A stretch of 64,000 nt of DNA, taken from the NCBI GenBank assembly GCA_016182185.1, contig JACOXU010000002.1, positions 22,874-86,873 on the forward strand, written 5' to 3'. A program made the position numbers and the translations under genes. This document shows positions 47,008 through 56,456 of this stretch, piece after piece (positions within the stretch are counted from its first letter, which is position 1; every line of letters begins with the position of its first letter). The notes beneath the pieces were generated by a model. The model made no database searches, was not told where the DNA came from, and worked only from the letters and a program-made list of their open reading frames with translations. The DNA comes from Candidatus Levyibacteriota bacterium (lineage in GTDB: Bacteria; Patescibacteriota; Microgenomatia; Levybacterales; UBA12049).

Positions 47008-47508
47008 ATGGATAAAAAAATTTTAATCGGATTGCTCTCCTTTTCCCTATTGATCATAGTTGGCGGTGCTTTTGTTTTGAGCAACGGTCCGACCAAGGCA
47101 GTAGTTGAAAAAACCCAAGGTGCAAAACTAGAAACAAAGGAGACTAGCTTTGATTTTAAGGAAATACCCTACTCAGGAGGTAAGGCAGAACACGCGTATC
47201 TTATAAAAAATACAGGGAATAAAGATCTTGAAATAGCCAATATTTCAACCTCATGCATGTGCACAATCGCATATTTTAAAAGTGAAAGAGAAATGAGTTC
47301 TGAATTCGGCATGAAAGGCATGACTCAGCCATCAAGCTGGAAAGGAATTTTAAAGGCCCAAGAGGAGGGAAAAATTGTTATTGTTTTTGATCCTGCTTTT
47401 CATGGTCCTCAGGGAGTAGGTCCGATATCTCGAATAGTAAGTTTCGAAACAAATGATCCTGATAATCCCTACGCTGAATTTGCCTTTTCCGGAACAGTCG
47501 TAAAATAA
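47008..47508 (+). CDS. Signal-anchored DUF1573-like beta-sandwich protein
   Basis: 'NISTSCMCTIAYF' resembles the conserved SCGCT motif of DUF1573; N-terminal TM or signal segment. Confidence 0.5.
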   Translation: MDKKILIGLLSFSLLIIVGGAFVLSNGPTKAVVEKTQGAKLETKETSFDFKEIPYSGGKAEHAYLIKNTGNKDLEIANISTSCMCTIAYFKSEREMSSEFGMKGMTQPSSWKGILKAQEEGKIVIVFDPAFHGPQGVGPISRIVSFETNDPDNPYAEFAFSGTVVK

Positions 47509-47518
47509 CCCCTTATTT

Positions 47519-48463
47519 ATGGCAAAAAGAAAAAGTTTCTTGCAAAAATTTAAATTCTTAGGCAAAAAATCAAAACAAAGATATCTTATTCTTCCTCTTC
47601 TTTTTCTGGTTCTTGTTTCGTTCACTTTAGGTGTGTATATTGGGCAAGTAAGCATTAATAATTCTAAAAAGAGTTTGGTTGATAAATCTTCGGGAATTGA
47701 CCTTACAAAACTTCAGGAAGAAGTAATACCACAAAAAGGTTATGATATTAAAATTCATTGGGGAAATTTGGGCAAGAGGATGATCGAAGACGGAGTCATT
47801 GATGAGACAAAACTTGCAAAAGCGGTGACAGGATCAGATAAACTTCCAGAAGATCTTAAAAAATATTTAAACGGCGAGGACATTAAAAAAATAACTCTTA
47901 ATCAAAATAATGCGCAGTTTTGGGTGGATGTTCTTTGGGGACTGGGACTTGCCAACAAGAATGAAATTCTTGATAAGGGTCCGATGCAAGAGGGAGGAAA
48001 TACGGCCAATTTTGCCTCAACTGGAGGATATACGATCGGTGTGAAAGCGCCTATGGAGTTTTATAGTAAGTTCTTCTATATTCAGCTTTCGGAAAAACAA
48101 CAAAAATTTGTCAGAGAAATTGCAGAGAATGTCTACAGACCCTGTTGCGGAAATTCAACTGCATTTCCTGATTGTAATCACGGTATGGCAGCTTTGGGAC
48201 TTATTGAACTTATGGTTTCTCAAAATAAATCTAAAGAAGAAATTTACAAGACAATTCTTGCTTTTAATTCCTATTGGTTTCCTCAAACTTACCTTGATAT
48301 CTCGTATCATTTTGTCAAAAATGGGCGGAACTATGGGGATGTAAATCCACAAGAAATTCTTTCCAAAACTTTTTCAAGCGCCATGGGATACGATGTTATC
48401 AGAAAAAAAGTAGGAAAGTTGGAGTGGCCCATCCTGGGCAGCGGGGGAAGGTGCGGAGCCTAA
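47519..48463 (+). CDS. Membrane-anchored extracytoplasmic protein, hypothetical (CCGNS...C.H motif)
   Basis: One N-terminal TM helix; 'RPCCGNSTAFPDCNHGMAALG' Cys/His cluster. Confidence 0.4.
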   Translation: MAKRKSFLQKFKFLGKKSKQRYLILPLLFLVLVSFTLGVYIGQVSINNSKKSLVDKSSGIDLTKLQEEVIPQKGYDIKIHWGNLGKRMIEDGVIDETKLAKAVTGSDKLPEDLKKYLNGEDIKKITLNQNNAQFWVDVLWGLGLANKNEILDKGPMQEGGNTANFASTGGYTIGVKAPMEFYSKFFYIQLSEKQQKFVREIAENVYRPCCGNSTAFPDCNHGMAALGLIELMVSQNKSKEEIYKTILAFNSYWFPQTYLDISYHFVKNGRNYGDVNPQEILSKTFSSAMGYDVIRKKVGKLEWPILGSGGRCGA

Positions 48464-48464
48464 T

Positions 48465-49298
48465 ATGGAAGGAGTTTTTTTTCAAACGTCTCTCATGGCT
48501 GCTTTCATTGCCGGTATGGTTGCTCTTTTTGCTCCCTGCTGCATAAGCTTTCTTCTCCCTGCATATCTTGGCGGAGTCTTCAAAGAAAAGGAAAAAGTCT
48601 TGTTTATGACTTTCATATTCGGGCTTGGCATTTTTATTGTTCTTATGCCCGCAGTCCTAGGCGTCGCATTTATTTCGCAAATGCTCTTTCGCTACCATGA
48701 CACTATTTATATATTGGGTGGATTTTTAATGCTTATCGTTTCGGTAACTACATTTTTAGGGATAAAACTGCCTTTTCATATTCCGGGAAGAAACTTAAGC
48801 GGCAAACCTGATGTTTTATCAATTTTTGTCCTGGGAATATTTTCGGGTATCACAAGCGCATGCTGCGCTCCGGTTCTTATCGGGATTCTCACTTTTGCTT
48901 TTCTTTCTCCGAACTACCTCGGAGCCCTTCTTATAGGCGGGATGTATGTCTTCGGAATGGTTATGCCGCTTTTGCTAATTTCTGTTTTTCTTTCGGGCAA
49001 GCTTCCTAAATTGGCAGTTCTCAGAAAGCCAGTCTCAGTAATTAAAATTTTTGGCAAAGAATACGTTCTTTTTCTAAGTAACGTTATAGCAAGTATTATT
49101 TTTTTTATTGCCGGATTTTTTACCCTGCTTCTTACTTCAACCGGACGGTTATCGATGGCACAAAGCGAGAGCTTTGCTAAATTTATTCAAAATACCGGAG
49201 GATTTGTCAATCAATATATAGGCGGGAATCTGGTTATAAATATTATTTTTCTTGCAATTGTTTTATTTATCCTCTATAAACTAGCCAAAAAAATCTAA
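48465..49298 (+). CDS. CcdA/DsbD-transmembrane-domain family thiol-disulfide transporter
   Basis: 'FAPCCISFLLPAYLG' matches the CcdA 'SPC.LP..PaYL' motif; second Cys pair 'TSACCAPVLIG'; about 6 TM helices. Confidence 0.65.
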   Translation: MEGVFFQTSLMAAFIAGMVALFAPCCISFLLPAYLGGVFKEKEKVLFMTFIFGLGIFIVLMPAVLGVAFISQMLFRYHDTIYILGGFLMLIVSVTTFLGIKLPFHIPGRNLSGKPDVLSIFVLGIFSGITSACCAPVLIGILTFAFLSPNYLGALLIGGMYVFGMVMPLLLISVFLSGKLPKLAVLRKPVSVIKIFGKEYVLFLSNVIASIIFFIAGFFTLLLTSTGRLSMAQSESFAKFIQNTGGFVNQYIGGNLVINIIFLAIVLFILYKLAKKI

Positions 49299-49388
49299 AT
49301 TCCCACAGTTTCGCCCTCAATAAAGGTAATCCAAATTACTGACGGATATTGATCAGCTTGGTATTCTTAAAATACAAAAAGAAAGGAG

Positions 49389-49817
49389 GTGGCAAAAATG
49401 GCAAATGATATAATTCCACGAACATTTTTAAGATCTCCGTTTGTTTCCCTTCCGTCTGTGTGGGAGGACATAGAAGAAATGCTCCCGACAACGGGGAATA
49501 TAAGCGGGCTATCAATTTCTGAAGACGGACAGAATATTTATGTTTCTGCTGCTGTTCCTGGAGTTGATCCAGAAGACGTAGATATAAGTTTTGAGAAAGG
49601 CGTACTTTGGGTTAAAGCAGAAAAAAAAGAGGAGGAAAAAGGAAAAAAATTCTACAGGAAGGCAACTAGTTCTTTTTCCTATAGAGTTACTGTTCCTGGT
49701 GAAATTGACCCAAATATTGAGCCTGAAGCATCCTGCAGGAATGGCATAGTGACTGTTACCTTTGTTAAGTCTCCCAAGGTCAAGCCTAAAAAGATTGCAG
49801 TAAAAAGCGGGAAGTAA
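49389..49817 (+). CDS. Hsp20/alpha-crystallin small heat-shock protein
   Basis: 'KGVLWVKAE...YRVTVPGEIDPN...NGIVTVTF' alpha-crystallin domain; strong SD GGAGGTGG. Confidence 0.8.
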   Translation: MAKMANDIIPRTFLRSPFVSLPSVWEDIEEMLPTTGNISGLSISEDGQNIYVSAAVPGVDPEDVDISFEKGVLWVKAEKKEEEKGKKFYRKATSSFSYRVTVPGEIDPNIEPEASCRNGIVTVTFVKSPKVKPKKIAVKSGK

Positions 49818-49827
49818 CGTTATAGTT

Positions 49828-50283
49828 ATGAGATATACGGTAACAGCAAAACAGTGTGAGCTTTCAGACAAGGCGCTTTTGCATATTAAAAATCATGTCC
49901 GAAAGCTTGCCGGTTTATTGCCTGAATTTAGGGTTGATCTTCCCCTTCTTGAAATTATAATAAAAAGACATAAAAAAAGAAGATTAAATCATATTACAGA
50001 TGAGGTAAGAATCGATAATGTTATAGAGATAGTTGAATCCGTAACTCCTAAATCCGAAGATCCTATTTATTATGACGGCACAATAAAACTTATTTTGCCC
50101 AAAAAACCTCTAGTTGTTTATACACGGGGATTTTTACTTGATCAGGTCATCGATGTAGGCTTTCATCGGCTGACGAAAGAAATCAAGACATACAAGGGAA
50201 AACATTTTGTCGGCAACAGTGAATATTTTGATCGTCGCTCAATAAGAACCGGCGATTATTTTATAAACTCGACAGAAAAATAA
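49828..50283 (+). CDS. Hypothetical protein (possibly ribosome-hibernation/RaiA-like)
   Basis: N-terminus 'MRYTVTAKQCELSDKALLHIKNHVRKL' loosely fits the HPF/RaiA pattern; unverified. Confidence 0.3.
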   Translation: MRYTVTAKQCELSDKALLHIKNHVRKLAGLLPEFRVDLPLLEIIIKRHKKRRLNHITDEVRIDNVIEIVESVTPKSEDPIYYDGTIKLILPKKPLVVYTRGFLLDQVIDVGFHRLTKEIKTYKGKHFVGNSEYFDRRSIRTGDYFINSTEK

Positions 50284-50375
50284 GATGACTCAAAAAGGCC
50301 CGGGTTCCTCAGGAGTAAAAAGCCAGTAGCAAAACTTCTTTTAAAATAGTACGATAGAAAAGGAGGTGATAAAAG

Positions 50376-50540
50376 ATGATGGGCTTTGTAGGAGATTACC
50401 GCGGTATGATGGATTGGGGATTTTCAGGCAATGCAGGCTGGGGATGGTTTGGCGTTACTCATATTGCTTTTTCAATTGTAATTTTAGTTGATCTTATCCT
50501 TTTGGGACTTTGGCTTTGGAAACAGATTCAGAAGAAATAG
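50376..50540 (+). CDS. Small (54 aa) Trp/Gly-rich membrane protein not in the ORF track
   Basis: ATG preceded by a perfect SD AAGGAGGTGAT; sequence 'MMGFVGDYRGMMDWGFSGNAGWGWFGVTHIAFSIVILVDLILLGLWLWKQIQKK'. Confidence 0.4.
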   Translation: MMGFVGDYRGMMDWGFSGNAGWGWFGVTHIAFSIVILVDLILLGLWLWKQIQKK

Positions 50541-50562
50541 TCTAGAGAGGAGGTGAATTAAC

Positions 50563-50943
50563 TTGAAAAATAAAAGCGTTGAGTGGATTTTGCGCATTGC
50601 GGTTGCCGGTGAATTCTTAGGACACGGGATGTTTAGCATAAACGGTAAAGAGCAATGGTCAGGTTGGATCAGTCAATTAACAGGAGTTGATTTAGCTACC
50701 GCCACTCAACTTCTTTTTCTGATAGGCGTACTTGATTTATTTATTGCACTCATCGTTCTGCTTAGACCGATCAGAATAGTCCTTGTCTGGGCGGTTTTTT
50801 GGGGATTCTGGACAGCCATACTTCGACCAATTGTTGGTGAACCAATCTGGGATTTTATTGAAAGATTTGCTAATATTGGAGCACCATTAGCACTTTTGGC
50901 CTTAAGAGGGATACCTCAAAAAGCAAAAGATTTAATGTCTTAG
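50563..50943 (+). CDS. DoxX-like membrane protein
   Basis: TTG start with SD GAGGAGGTGA; 126 aa with 3-4 TM helices. Confidence 0.45.
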   Translation: MKNKSVEWILRIAVAGEFLGHGMFSINGKEQWSGWISQLTGVDLATATQLLFLIGVLDLFIALIVLLRPIRIVLVWAVFWGFWTAILRPIVGEPIWDFIERFANIGAPLALLALRGIPQKAKDLMS

Positions 50944-51000
50944 ACAATTTTATAAAAGTAATAAATAGTTAATTACATCCTGAAAGAAGGAGGTGATAAT

Positions 51001-51558
51001 ATGGACAAAAATGAAATAGCTGTGACGCATATTCCGGAGCCAAAACTATCCCGTCTTCTTTTTGCCGATACTCGATTTGCTCTTATTTGGCTTGTTATCA
51101 GACTTTATACAGGTTGGGTTTGGCTTGAAGCAGGTTTAGAAAAAGTTCAGAATCCTGCATGGGCAGGTGCAACTGCCGGAACAGCCATGAAAGGTTTTAT
51201 TCTGGGAGCAATAGCTAAGGCATCTGGCGAACATCCTGCTGTTCAAGGTTGGTACGCAACTTTTCTAAATGATTTTGTCTTGCCAAATATTTCAGTATTT
51301 TCATATTTAGTTGCGTATGGCGAGCTACTCGTAGGAATAGCACTTATTTTGGGTATTTTTACAGGAATTGCGGCTTTTTTCGGCGGATTCATGAACATGA
51401 ACTTTCTCTTGGCAGGAACTGTCAGCGTGAATCCAATACTTTTTCTTTTTGAACTTTTCCTGATTCTGGCATGGAGAGTGGCAGGTTGGTGGGGAGCAGA
51501 TAGATATATTTTGCCCGCACTCGGTACGCCATGGAAACCAGTAAAAATTTTCAAGTAA
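51001..51558 (+). CDS. DoxX-family membrane protein
   Basis: SD AGGAGGTGATAAT before the ATG; 185 aa; four TM helices with DoxX-like spacing. Confidence 0.55.
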   Translation: MDKNEIAVTHIPEPKLSRLLFADTRFALIWLVIRLYTGWVWLEAGLEKVQNPAWAGATAGTAMKGFILGAIAKASGEHPAVQGWYATFLNDFVLPNISVFSYLVAYGELLVGIALILGIFTGIAAFFGGFMNMNFLLAGTVSVNPILFLFELFLILAWRVAGWWGADRYILPALGTPWKPVKIFK

Positions 51559-51559
51559 G

Positions 51560-52195
51560 ATGGTAAGAGAGGCAGGATTTATGAATGAAGATCAAGATGC
51601 TGGTGAATCGATGAAAAGTCCAGAAAAAGAGCCGATACAAACAGAATGGGTAGTCATTACTGGTGGCCCATCTTCAGGGAAAACCTCCGTTATTAATCGA
51701 TTGAAAGAGTTGGGATACAAAACTGTTCCTGAAGCAGCAGAAGAACTTATAGAGGAAGAGAGAGCAAAAGGAAAAAAGACAGAAGACATAAGAGTAAGCG
51801 AAGAAGAATTCACAAAATTAGTTTTTTACAAGAAACTGGAAAAAGAGACTAGGCTTTCTGCAGGCAGTCTTACATTTCTTGATCGTGGTCTTCCAGACAC
51901 AATTGCATACGGACAAGCAGATAAATATGACATTTCTTACGCATTAAATGATCCTAGATTAAATGTAAATAAGTATAAAAAGGTATTCCTTTTGGACTTG
52001 GTTCCCTTTGAGCAAACAGAGATAAGAATTGAGGATAAGGCGTTTGCGGAAAGAGTAGACCAAGAATTAAGTGATGCATATAAAAGCTTAGGCTATGATG
52101 TCGTCCGAGTACCGGCATTACCTGGGGCAACTCTTAAAGAAAAGGTAGACACCCGTACGCAATTTCTCTTGCAATCTTTACAGCTTACATCCTGA
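51560..52195 (+). CDS. AAA_28/NadR-like P-loop ATPase
   Basis: Walker A 'ITGGPSSGKTSV'; 211 aa. Confidence 0.5.
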   Translation: MVREAGFMNEDQDAGESMKSPEKEPIQTEWVVITGGPSSGKTSVINRLKELGYKTVPEAAEELIEEERAKGKKTEDIRVSEEEFTKLVFYKKLEKETRLSAGSLTFLDRGLPDTIAYGQADKYDISYALNDPRLNVNKYKKVFLLDLVPFEQTEIRIEDKAFAERVDQELSDAYKSLGYDVVRVPALPGATLKEKVDTRTQFLLQSLQLTS

Positions 52196-52284
52196 TTTAT
52201 TTCCCAGAAATTTCAGAATAACTCTTGACACCTAGGAAATTCAGCTTTATACTAAGGGTATCCTCCAGGGGAGGATACCATATT

Positions 52285-54522
52285 ATGAAGAAAAAAATAT
52301 ACATTTGCCCAATGCATAAGGAAATAAGATCCGATAAACCCGGTAAATGCCCAAAATGTGGAGGAATGGATCTTATCGAGATTGAAGAGAGTAATTCAAA
52401 AGAAGAAAACATGAATCACCAGGATGATGAACCCTCCCATAATTCACTCTACACATGCCCGATGGATCCTGATGTGATAAAAGACAGGCCCGGTAAATGC
52501 CCAAAATGTGGGATGGATCTAGCTCCTCTTATCAAATCAGAAAATAGTCAACACGCAGGTCACAAGGGTCATAAATCAATGGAAGAGGATTTTAAAAGAA
52601 GGTTTTTTGTAACCTTACCTCTTGTTCTTATAGTGATGTTTCTTTCTCCCAACATACAGAAATGGCTTGGAATATCAATTGATTTCTTAAGTCGGGATAT
52701 TCTAATCTTTATTTTGGGAACGTTTATTTTTTTCTTCGGGGGTTTACCATTCTTTAAGGCCGCAAAAGGCGAGATAAGGACTAAAAGCTTCGGCATGATG
52801 ACTTTAGTTGCGCTTGCCATAAGCGTCGGATATGTCTTTTCGGTCGCTGCCACCTTTTTATTTCCCGGAGAATCGCTTTATTGGGAAATCTCGACTCTTA
52901 TTTCTGTTTTTCTTTTAGGTCACTGGCTTGAAATGAGAGCTGTAAGAGGTACAACAGGGGCATTGGCAGAACTTGCAAGGCTCATTCCTCAGACTGCCCA
53001 TCTTATAAAAGGAAAAGAAATAGTTGAAATTGAGACAGAAAAGCTTGCTAAGGGAGATAGGGTTTTGGTAAAACCAGGAGAAAAAATTCCAGTTGACGGA
53101 ATTGTGATCTCAGGAGAAAGTTCTGTAAATGAATCAATGCTTACAGGAGAATCAGCGCCTATTGTAAAAAACCAGGGAGACAAGGTTATTGGAGGAACTA
53201 TTAATGGCGATGGCTCGCTTACTGTAGAAGTCGCCAAAATAGGTAAAGAAACCGCAATTTCACAAATAATGGAGCTCATTAGGCAAGCTCAAGAGTCAAA
53301 GCCTTCAGTGCAAAAACTAGCTGATCGAGGAGCTTTTATACTCACCCTTACTGCTATATCAGTTGGCATTGCAACCTTCGTTTTTTGGTTATTTTTAATT
53401 CCTCAAGGCGCAATTTTTGCAGCAACTCTTGCAGTTTCCTCAATTGTAGTTGCCTGTCCTCATGCCCTGGGACTTGCTATCCCAACCGTAACGACAATTA
53501 CGTCAACACTTGCTGCCAGAAACGGAATTCTCATAAAAGACATGAAGGGTCTTGAGGTGCTTAGGAAGGTAAATTATGTCGTTTTTGACAAAACAGGAAC
53601 TTTAACCAAAGGGGAATTTGGCGTAAATGATATTCTTGTCAGTAAAAATTCTAAGTTGAGGCCTGAAGAAATTCTTAAGCTAGCTGCTGCAATTGAGGCG
53701 CATTCTCAGCATCCGATTGCAAAAGGAATAGTTGATGAGGCAAAAAAGAAAAATCTAAAACTGCCTGAAATTAAGAATTTTAAATCCTTTCCGGGCAAGG
53801 GCGCAGAGGGGATAGTCTCAGATAAATATATTTTGGTTGGCAATAGGATTCTTCTTAATGAATTAAAGTTGGAAGAAGATGTTTTTGAGAAAAATATTGA
53901 TATGGGTGTTTCAACCGGTGTTTATGTTGCTGTTGATAAAAAAGTTGAAGGATTAATTCTTCTTTCAGATATTTTAAGGGAAGAATCAAAAGAAGTTATA
54001 CAAAAACTTCAACAAATGCAAATTAAAACAGCCATGCTTACCGGAGATCGGGGAAACGTAGCTTCTGAAGTTGGTAAACAGCTTAAAATAGATACGGTTT
54101 TTGCAGAAGTATTGCCTGAAGATAAGGTAAATAAGATTAAAGAACTTCAAAAAAAAGGAAGTATTGTTGCAATGGTCGGAGACGGTGTAAATGATGCGCC
54201 ATCACTTACTCAAGCGCATGTTGGAATTGCAATCGGTGCAGGAACTGATGTAGCAGTTGAATCTGCAGAAATAGTCTTGGTTAAAAATGATCCAAAAGAC
54301 GTAGTAAAGGCAATCTCTCTAAGTAGAAAAACCAACAATAAAATGATCCAAAATCTTCTCTGGGCGACCGGTTACAATGTATTTGCTATTCCAACTGCAG
54401 CAGGAGTATTTTATCCATCGTTTAATATTCTTCTTAGACCGGAATGGGCGGCAATTCTTATGAGTATGTCTTCGATTATTGTAGTATTTAATGCACTTTT
54501 ACTCCGCAGAGCAAAGCTTTAA
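52285..54522 (+). CDS. copA: Copper-translocating P-type ATPase
   Basis: Two N-terminal 'CPMH...[10 protein letters not shown]' metal-binding repeats; TM 'CPH' motif; 'DKTGTLT' phosphorylation site; 'GDGVNDAP'. The ATG at 52285 has a GGGGAGGA SD; the track ORF extends upstream to 52225. Confidence 0.85.
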   Translation: MKKKIYICPMHKEIRSDKPGKCPKCGGMDLIEIEESNSKEENMNHQDDEPSHNSLYTCPMDPDVIKDRPGKCPKCGMDLAPLIKSENSQHAGHKGHKSMEEDFKRRFFVTLPLVLIVMFLSPNIQKWLGISIDFLSRDILIFILGTFIFFFGGLPFFKAAKGEIRTKSFGMMTLVALAISVGYVFSVAATFLFPGESLYWEISTLISVFLLGHWLEMRAVRGTTGALAELARLIPQTAHLIKGKEIVEIETEKLAKGDRVLVKPGEKIPVDGIVISGESSVNESMLTGESAPIVKNQGDKVIGGTINGDGSLTVEVAKIGKETAISQIMELIRQAQESKPSVQKLADRGAFILTLTAISVGIATFVFWLFLIPQGAIFAATLAVSSIVVACPHALGLAIPTVTTITSTLAARNGILIKDMKGLEVLRKVNYVVFDKTGTLTKGEFGVNDILVSKNSKLRPEEILKLAAAIEAHSQHPIAKGIVDEAKKKNLKLPEIKNFKSFPGKGAEGIVSDKYILVGNRILLNELKLEEDVFEKNIDMGVSTGVYVAVDKKVEGLILLSDILREESKEVIQKLQQMQIKTAMLTGDRGNVASEVGKQLKIDTVFAEVLPEDKVNKIKELQKKGSIVAMVGDGVNDAPSLTQAHVGIAIGAGTDVAVESAEIVLVKNDPKDVVKAISLSRKTNNKMIQNLLWATGYNVFAIPTAAGVFYPSFNILLRPEWAAILMSMSSIIVVFNALLLRRAKL

Positions 54523-54525
54523 GTT

Positions 54526-55155
54526 ATGAAGCGAAAAGATTACACGCAAGCTCTAACATTAGGATTCTTCACAGGGTGGTATGATTCAATAGTTAATCTT
54601 ATGGGCTTTGGGAAAAGATATTATGCAAAAGCAGCAGATTATATTCAGCCAGGGGATAGAGATAGTATACTTGATGTAGGAACCGGAACTGCAAATTTAG
54701 CCATCGCAATTAGACAAAAATATCCCCGTGTTAAAGTTACAGGCATTGACCCTGATAAAGAAATTCTTGAAATTGCAAAAAAGAAAATTAAAAAGGAGAA
54801 ATTTGACATAGAGTTAATAAATACGCCAGCGCAGAAACTCCCTTTTCCTTCTGAATCTTTTGATTTTGTAGTCTCAAGTCTTGCTATCCATCACATTCCT
54901 AAGTCATTTAAAAAAGAGTCTTTTTCAGAAATGAAAAGAGTGCTTAAGAGAAACGGAGTGATTTTGATTGTTGATTTTGGTATCCCTAAAAACTTCTTTG
55001 CAGACATAATTTCATTTATACTTTCACTCCTTGAAGATGTTGGGCCAAATCGAAAAGGATTAATACCTAATGCATTGAATGATTTAGGATTTAAAGATAT
55101 CAAGGAAGTTGGGAACAAATTTGGATTGATATCATTTTATAAGGCAAGAAAATAA
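54526..55155 (+). CDS. Class I SAM-dependent methyltransferase
   Basis: 'ILDVGTGTANLAIAI' motif I. Confidence 0.7.
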   Translation: MKRKDYTQALTLGFFTGWYDSIVNLMGFGKRYYAKAADYIQPGDRDSILDVGTGTANLAIAIRQKYPRVKVTGIDPDKEILEIAKKKIKKEKFDIELINTPAQKLPFPSESFDFVVSSLAIHHIPKSFKKESFSEMKRVLKRNGVILIVDFGIPKNFFADIISFILSLLEDVGPNRKGLIPNALNDLGFKDIKEVGNKFGLISFYKARK

Positions 55156-55180
55156 TAGAATGGAAAGGAGGTGATAAAAC

Positions 55181-55444
55181 ATGTTGAAGTCGATTGCATT
55201 TGCAAATGCTTTTACAGCGGTTGGATTAGGTGCGTATGTAGCTTGCAGGGCATTGTCTCTTGCGGCACCAGACCTTCTTTTTAATATCGGCACAAGCTGG
55301 TTTCATACATTTAACCTTGATTCAACAAGAGCGGTAACACCATTTGATATTGGCACATTTTTATTTGGAGCAGTTACTTTTGGCGCTTTTGTCTGGATCA
55401 TAGCATACGCTGGAGCAGCGCTCTACAATAACTTGGCGAAATAA
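55181..55444 (+). CDS. Small membrane protein, hypothetical
   Basis: SD AAAGGAGGTGAT before the ATG; 87 aa with two TM helices. Confidence 0.35.
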   Translation: MLKSIAFANAFTAVGLGAYVACRALSLAAPDLLFNIGTSWFHTFNLDSTRAVTPFDIGTFLFGAVTFGAFVWIIAYAGAALYNNLAK

Positions 55445-55909
55445 TTGTTTATGCTGAAAAGGCCGAGCTTAAAAATTATACTAGGACCAGTTTTAAAAGG
55501 ATCAACTGCATCAGTTATTCTACTTTTGGTCTACTTTTCAGTTACGTCTTTTGTATCTGGGTGGGAATTTAGCTTAAGTCAATTTTCAGAGTTTTGGTAT
55601 TTTATTGTTACACTTTCTTTTGGATTTGGAGCCCAATTAGGACTTTATACATATCTTAAAAAATTAATAAATAAGGAAAGTGGTTCAAGAAAGATCTTAA
55701 CAGTCTCAGGAACTACGTCAACCGTTGCTATGATTTCTTGCTGTTCCCATTATCTTGTAAATATTCTGCCATTTATTGGTATTACGGGTTTTCTTACAGT
55801 TATATCTCAATATCAAATTCAGTTTTTTTGGGTAGGTCTTATATTTAATCTACTGGGAATTTTATATATTACAAACAAAATTTTAAATATTAAAAAATTT
55901 AATAAATAA
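55445..55909 (+). CDS. Polytopic membrane protein with CC motif, hypothetical
   Basis: 154 aa with four hydrophobic segments and 'ISCCSHY'. Confidence 0.35.
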   Translation: MFMLKRPSLKIILGPVLKGSTASVILLLVYFSVTSFVSGWEFSLSQFSEFWYFIVTLSFGFGAQLGLYTYLKKLINKESGSRKILTVSGTTSTVAMISCCSHYLVNILPFIGITGFLTVISQYQIQFFWVGLIFNLLGILYITNKILNIKKFNK

Positions 55910-55911
55910 GG

Positions 55912-56361
55912 ATGAAAAAATTAATTTTACTAATTATTTTGATACTGGGTTTTATAATTGGAGCAGGATTGATTCTCCAGCAAAACAACAAAAATAACCC
56001 AAGTACCGAAATTATTACTCCAATCCAAGAGCAACCCAGATCCTTCGAACCGATTGAAGACAATCAGGGAGAGGTTGTGGTTAAAGTAACTCCAAAAAGG
56101 CTTTCATCAAAGGAAAATGTTGAATTTAATATTTCCTTAAGTACCCATTCGGTAGACTTGGATTATTCGCTAAAAGATATATCTTTGATCGAGGATGATA
56201 AAGGAAACGAATATAAACCAATAAGCTGGAGTGGAGGGAAAGGCGGCCATCATTTAGAAGGAATTTTAATTTTTCCTCCTTTTTTGAATAAGACTATGTT
56301 TGTTAGATTAATAATCAAACAAATCGGTGGGGTAGACAAGAATTACAAATGGGATTTGTGA
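55912..56361 (+). CDS. Signal-anchored beta-sandwich-like protein, hypothetical
   Basis: N-terminal TM helix, then a domain of about 110 aa ending in 'GGKGGHHLEG'. Confidence 0.35.
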   Translation: MKKLILLIILILGFIIGAGLILQQNNKNNPSTEIITPIQEQPRSFEPIEDNQGEVVVKVTPKRLSSKENVEFNISLSTHSVDLDYSLKDISLIEDDKGNEYKPISWSGGKGGHHLEGILIFPPFLNKTMFVRLIIKQIGGVDKNYKWDL

Positions 56362-56456
56362 TTTATTTAGACATTAATCCGTAGAATCAGTCTAATTGAA
56401 TTAATCAAAATTAATAGTTGCTTTTTGCTTCAAAAGGGGTCTACAATTAATTTAGT

